From contig CAZVGK010000005.1 in NCBI GenBank assembly GCA_964626665.1, positions 60,069-120,674 on the forward strand: a stretch of DNA of 60,606 nt. Reading direction: 5' to 3'. The notes under the pieces were generated by a model. It was not told the DNA's origin and made no database searches. It saw nothing but the letters and a program-made list of their open reading frames with translations. The DNA comes from an uncultured Gemmatimonadota bacterium. Its GTDB lineage: Bacteria > SM23-81 > DAOVCL01. Every line of letters begins with the position of its first letter. Position 1 is the stretch's first letter. The translations under genes and the position numbers were made by a program. This document shows positions 56,695-60,606 of the stretch, one piece after another.

Positions 56695-57629
56695 AACTCC
56701 TTTTCGCTTTCCATATATGCCTCTATAATCTTCTCTATTTTAGTTGTTCCCAGGGAGATGCAGGAGTTAGCTGCTCCATAGTAGATTTTTACCTCACCAG
56801 TGGGCTCGATAATTGCCCCACAGGAGAAGACCAGGTTGTTCACATCACCTATTCGCTCATATTCCTCGCGCGGCGAGAGGATGGGGACATTTGTTCTTCC
56901 CACAACATTTTGAGGATTTTCCATATCGAGAACTGCCGCCCCAAGCCTAATGAGCGGTCCGGAGGAGGTTTGCTTAATCCCATAGTAGATAATAAGCCAA
57001 CCTTGCTCGATTTCTAACGGGGGCGTAGCAACACCTATACGATTACTGTCCCAAAATCCAGCTCTCGGGGTCATTACTACCTCCGACCATCCCCAGTACT
57101 CCAAATCCTCTGAGAAGCTAATCCAAATGTTGTTCCCGACCCAAGGACGTTCCAAGCGGGCATATTTCCCCTTGATCTTCTTAGGGAAGAGCGCTCCGGC
57201 CTTAGTGTCTGGCTCCGAAATAAGGCCCATCTTCTCGACGGATTTAAAATCTTGGGTGCGGGCAAGCCCCAAGCGGTAGCCAGGGAGTCCAAAGGCATCG
57301 TAAAAGATATAATATGTACCTTCCAATAAGCTAATTCTGGGATCGAGAACACCCAGTTCCTCGTAGATGGCAAATGGCCCCCTTTCGGAAGGAGCCAAAA
57401 TGGGTTGATCCTCTACCTCAAAATAATATCCATCCGCACTGCGGGCAGGATAGATAGAGAAAAATCCCTCTAAACTTTCTATGGTCACCAACAGGATGTA
57501 CTCTTGGCCTACCTTGACCGCGCCCGCATTGCGGATGTCACCGCACCTAAAGGAGAGGTCATCAATTGTGATGATAGGATTTCCCTCCCAGCGGTGAACA
57601 ACGTCTGGACCGTATCTTCTTCTACGCAT
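56691..57629 (-). CDS. GH130-family glycoside phosphorylase/hydrolase paralog
   Basis: GVLDPRI, LFPKKIKG, GWLIIYYG, GDVNNLVFSCG, YYGAANS. Confidence 0.88.
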   Translation of the reverse strand: MRRRRYGPDVVHRWEGNPIITIDDLSFRCGDIRNAGAVKVGQEYILLVTIESLEGFFSIYPARSADGYYFEVEDQPILAPSERGPFAIYEELGVLDPRISLLEGTYYIFYDAFGLPGYRLGLARTQDFKSVEKMGLISEPDTKAGALFPKKIKGKYARLERPWVGNNIWISFSEDLEYWGWSEVVMTPRAGFWDSNRIGVATPPLEIEQGWLIIYYGIKQTSSGPLIRLGAAVLDMENPQNVVGRTNVPILSPREEYERIGDVNNLVFSCGAIIEPTGEVKIYYGAANSCISLGTTKIEKIIEAYMESEKEF

Positions 57630-58280
57630 AGCAACTCCTTGCTGAGGAAGGCGCCGTTTTGGGGAGAATGTTTATCAAGGTTCTTATTTTAGTCATCTTT
57701 TTCCTCCTTTTTTAAGAAAACCTATCAGAATACCCCGTTCTGTGAACAAGGATGAATGACATCCTGATAGTTCCCTCTGCCCTGGTGGGGGAGGGTTGGG
57801 GTGAGGGGGGAATCGGAGATAATTCTCACCCTCTCCTTGGTCCTTCCCCATCAAGGAAGTTCACCAACTATCATCAATTTGTGAATAATGCAGGCTAAGG
57901 CCCCCCTCCATTCAGCGCAGAAAGATAGTTTGCCTTCTGACATTTGGCAAGAAATATTTGGGGAGAGACCATTAGCCAGAATTATTCATAGTGCAGCAAA
58001 GCCGCGAACAAACAACAGCCACGGATTACACGGATTTCACTGAATCTTTTTTTGAGGTGGCAGAACTCCGATTCTGCCACAGTCAGGTTAGGTAAATCCC
58101 TTGGTTCCTTGTAGGGGCTCCGATGAATCGGAGCCCGTGCGGGTCATATAAATGCGACCCTCAAGGCTCTTGCAAGATTGTAGTACAAATTCACAGGTGA
58201 TGTCTCAAATCGCCCTAGGCTTTTTAAGGATAGAAGATATGTGGCGATCAGAGATGGGCTACAACCGCTTCAATTCCAGG

Positions 58281-59624
58281 TCACCTTTTTTCCAGCAGGG
58301 CCACGGATTCTATATGAGGGGTGTGCGGGAACATATCCAGGGGATGGACCTCCCTTAACTCATATCCCTGCCCGGAGATATCGGCCAAGTCCCGGGCCAA
58401 AGTAGTGGGGTTACAGGAAACATAGATCATTCGGGGAGGGGAAACCTCCAACAGGGCTCGTAGGGCTTTGGGATGCATTCCTGCCCTGGGGGGATCTAAC
58501 ACTACTAAATCGGGTTCCACCTCCATTTGAGGAAGAATATTCCTTACCTCCCCTTGGATAAAGCGGCAGTTGCTTATCCCATTTAACTCTGCATTACGGC
58601 GGGCATCTATAACTGCCTCCTCCTGGGATTCAATCCCGGTTACCTTACGGGCCGATTTGGCTAAAAAGATACCAATGCTTCCCGTTCCAGAATAGAGATC
58701 GAGGACTGATTCAGTGCCCTCTAAATGGGAGAGATCTCTCACCAGTTGATAGAGCCTTTCCGCCTGATAGGAGTTTGTCTGGAAAAAGGAGTTAGGGGAG
58801 ATGGAGAAGTTGTACCCATCAATTTTCTCGGTTATCGCCGGCTTCCCCCAGAAGAGCTTGGCTTTCCCTGAGGCGATGGAGGCCTTTTGGGGGTTTACGA
58901 TCTGAAAGATGGAGGCAATCTGAGGGAATTCCCCAGCTAAGGTCTGCGCCAGCTCGCTCATCTCCAGGAACCTCTCATCTGAGGTGACCAAGGAAACCAT
59001 CACCTCGCCGGTTCGCTTTCCCTCCCTGATGGTTAAAAATCGCAGCAGTCCCCTGTGTCCTTTGAGGTCATATACCGAAATCCCCCGACGACGGACAAAC
59101 CCTCTCACCAGAGCTATAATCTCATTGGAAAGCTCTGACTGCAAGAGGCACCTTTTTAGGTCAAGTACCTGGCTAAAACTCCCCGACTTGTGTAAGCCTA
59201 AGATTGGCTGACCATCTTGGGTGGAAAAGGTAAACTCCATCTTGTTTCGATAAAAGAAGGTTCGCTCGGAGCCCTTGATCTCCTGCACAGGGGGGTCAAG
59301 AAAACCTCCAATCCTTTGCAGGTGGGTTTTAACCTGCTTCTCTTTATAGGAAAGCTGGATAGCATAGTCTAAATCCTGGAGTTTGCATCCTCCACATACA
59401 GTGAAGTGGGGACAGGCGGGGGCAATCCGCTGAGGGGATGGTTGGAGAAGCATAAGCACTTGGGCCTCAGAATAACTGCTTTTTACCTTGACTATCCGTG
59501 CTTCCACCAGATCACCGGGCAGCCCCCCTCTGACGAAGATCACCTTACCCTCCCTCCGTGCTATTCCCCTCCCTCCATAGGCTAGGTCCTCTATCTTTAG
59601 CTGAAGGACTTCGCCCTTTTTCAT
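58281..59624 (-). CDS. rlmD: 23S rRNA m5U1939 methyltransferase RlmD (TrmA family)
   Basis: TRAM domain, CPHFTVCGGC, YRNKMEF, SFFQTN, DLYSGTG, DPPRAG, YVSCNP, DMFPHT. Confidence 0.93.
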   Translation of the reverse strand: MKKGEVLQLKIEDLAYGGRGIARREGKVIFVRGGLPGDLVEARIVKVKSSYSEAQVLMLLQPSPQRIAPACPHFTVCGGCKLQDLDYAIQLSYKEKQVKTHLQRIGGFLDPPVQEIKGSERTFFYRNKMEFTFSTQDGQPILGLHKSGSFSQVLDLKRCLLQSELSNEIIALVRGFVRRRGISVYDLKGHRGLLRFLTIREGKRTGEVMVSLVTSDERFLEMSELAQTLAGEFPQIASIFQIVNPQKASIASGKAKLFWGKPAITEKIDGYNFSISPNSFFQTNSYQAERLYQLVRDLSHLEGTESVLDLYSGTGSIGIFLAKSARKVTGIESQEEAVIDARRNAELNGISNCRFIQGEVRNILPQMEVEPDLVVLDPPRAGMHPKALRALLEVSPPRMIYVSCNPTTLARDLADISGQGYELREVHPLDMFPHTPHIESVALLEKR

Positions 59625-60283
59625 CCCTTTGGCCCTTTACAGGCTTTTACACAGAGGCCACAGATATATTGTCCCACATAACCAAATTTGCGGAATTGCC
59701 TTAGTTTCTCAAAGCATTTTATGTGGTCGAAATCCTCTTGGTTTTCCTTTATGGCGCCCACGGGACAGGTTGAGAGACAATCCCGGCAACTTCCACAACT
59801 TCCCGCGGAGGGGCTATCAGGGGGAAGGGGCATATCGGTGAGGATGGTCACCAGTCTCACCCTGGCCCCGTATTGGGGTGTTACCAGAAGGTTGCTTCTT
59901 CCTATCCAGCCCAATCCCGCCCTTTGGGCCACCTTCTTGTGGGAGAGATGCCCCAATTGCCGTTCCCAATCTATCGTTTGGGAAGCGGGGATGGGGATGG
60001 TCCTCCAACCCTCATTCTGGATATGGGAGGAGAGGATTAAGGCTAAACGATCCAAAAAGTAGTTTGCCTGTTTGTAATGGTGATAATAAAGCAAGGTAGG
60101 CCTATCCTCAAGCTCTTCAATTATGGGATCGGACAGTCTGAAGGCCAAGGAGATGGCCAAGGGGAAGAGCCCCCTTGATGGAAGGTAAAAATCCTTTCTC
60201 AGAGGGGTTATATCGGCCACCCCGAATAGGGATGCCCCATTGTCCATCGCCAGATCCTTAAGTCTCTGGTAGTTTGTCTTCAT
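59621..60283 (-). CDS. Epoxyqueuosine reductase/reductive dehalogenase-like 4Fe-4S protein
   Basis: SHKKVAQRAGLGWIGRSNLLVTPQYGARVRL, CGSCRDCLSTCP, CGLCVKAC. Confidence 0.8.
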   Translation of the reverse strand: MKTNYQRLKDLAMDNGASLFGVADITPLRKDFYLPSRGLFPLAISLAFRLSDPIIEELEDRPTLLYYHHYKQANYFLDRLALILSSHIQNEGWRTIPIPASQTIDWERQLGHLSHKKVAQRAGLGWIGRSNLLVTPQYGARVRLVTILTDMPLPPDSPSAGSCGSCRDCLSTCPVGAIKENQEDFDHIKCFEKLRQFRKFGYVGQYICGLCVKACKGPKG

Positions 60284-60606
60284 TCCAGATTATGCAGTAA
60301 GAAACCACAAGATTATCACAAGATATACAAAATAAGGGTACTTACAGGAATTGAATTCAAAACCTGTTTTTCACTTAAAAGATGAAACCCACTATTCTTG
60401 AAGATTCCTATATAATCTGCACTATAATCTTGCAAGATCTTGTTTTTTTGACAAAGTGTTTCAGGTTGCCTTGAGTCAAAGACTTCTACCGCACTTCAGT
60501 GCGGGTTAAGGGCCTTTAGGCCCCCTTTTACAGGGGTAAAAATCCGTTCTGATTGTAGATTTCCTAAGTTGAGTCAAGCCGTTTTTTGGAAAAAATCGTT
60601 CTTTGA

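Overview
Bacterial chromosomal window. T9SS-like PorU/PorV genes and C-terminal sorting-domain proteins suggest an FCB-superphylum lineage (inference). 1-15.2 kb is a type I-B (Cas7/DevR, Cas8b1/Cst1-like) CRISPR-Cas locus on the minus strand: cas6-cas8-cas7-cas5-cas3-[accessory genes]-cas1-cas2-cas4-leader-array. The array has 25 copies of a 37-bp repeat and probably continues past the left edge. 15.7-31 kb is a T9SS-like envelope cluster with an inserted hicAB. 31.6-42.8 kb and 53.4-60.3 kb are housekeeping and metabolic genes, 43.6-52.3 kb is a 2902-aa secreted CARDB-repeat protein, and 52.7-53.4 kb is a REP-associated tyrosine transposase. The most striking signal is a recurring hairpin-cassette theme. 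(1) Three four-helix-bundle (23S rRNA-IVP/Avd-like) genes are interleaved among the cas genes, each bracketed by its own family of inverted 7- or 9-mer tandem repeats. One sits exactly in the cas2/cas4 ATGA stop-start overlap with a 5-bp duplication. (2) Gene-less ~125-bp heptamer hairpins occupy spacer slots at the distal end of the CRISPR array. (3) A 90-nt in-frame hairpin carrying a stop codon interrupts the transposase. (4) A ~200-bp inverted-repeat element with a TAA duplication splits a hicB. There are also two candidate attenuator/riboswitch leaders. All family assignments come from motif recognition by eye; no database searches were run.
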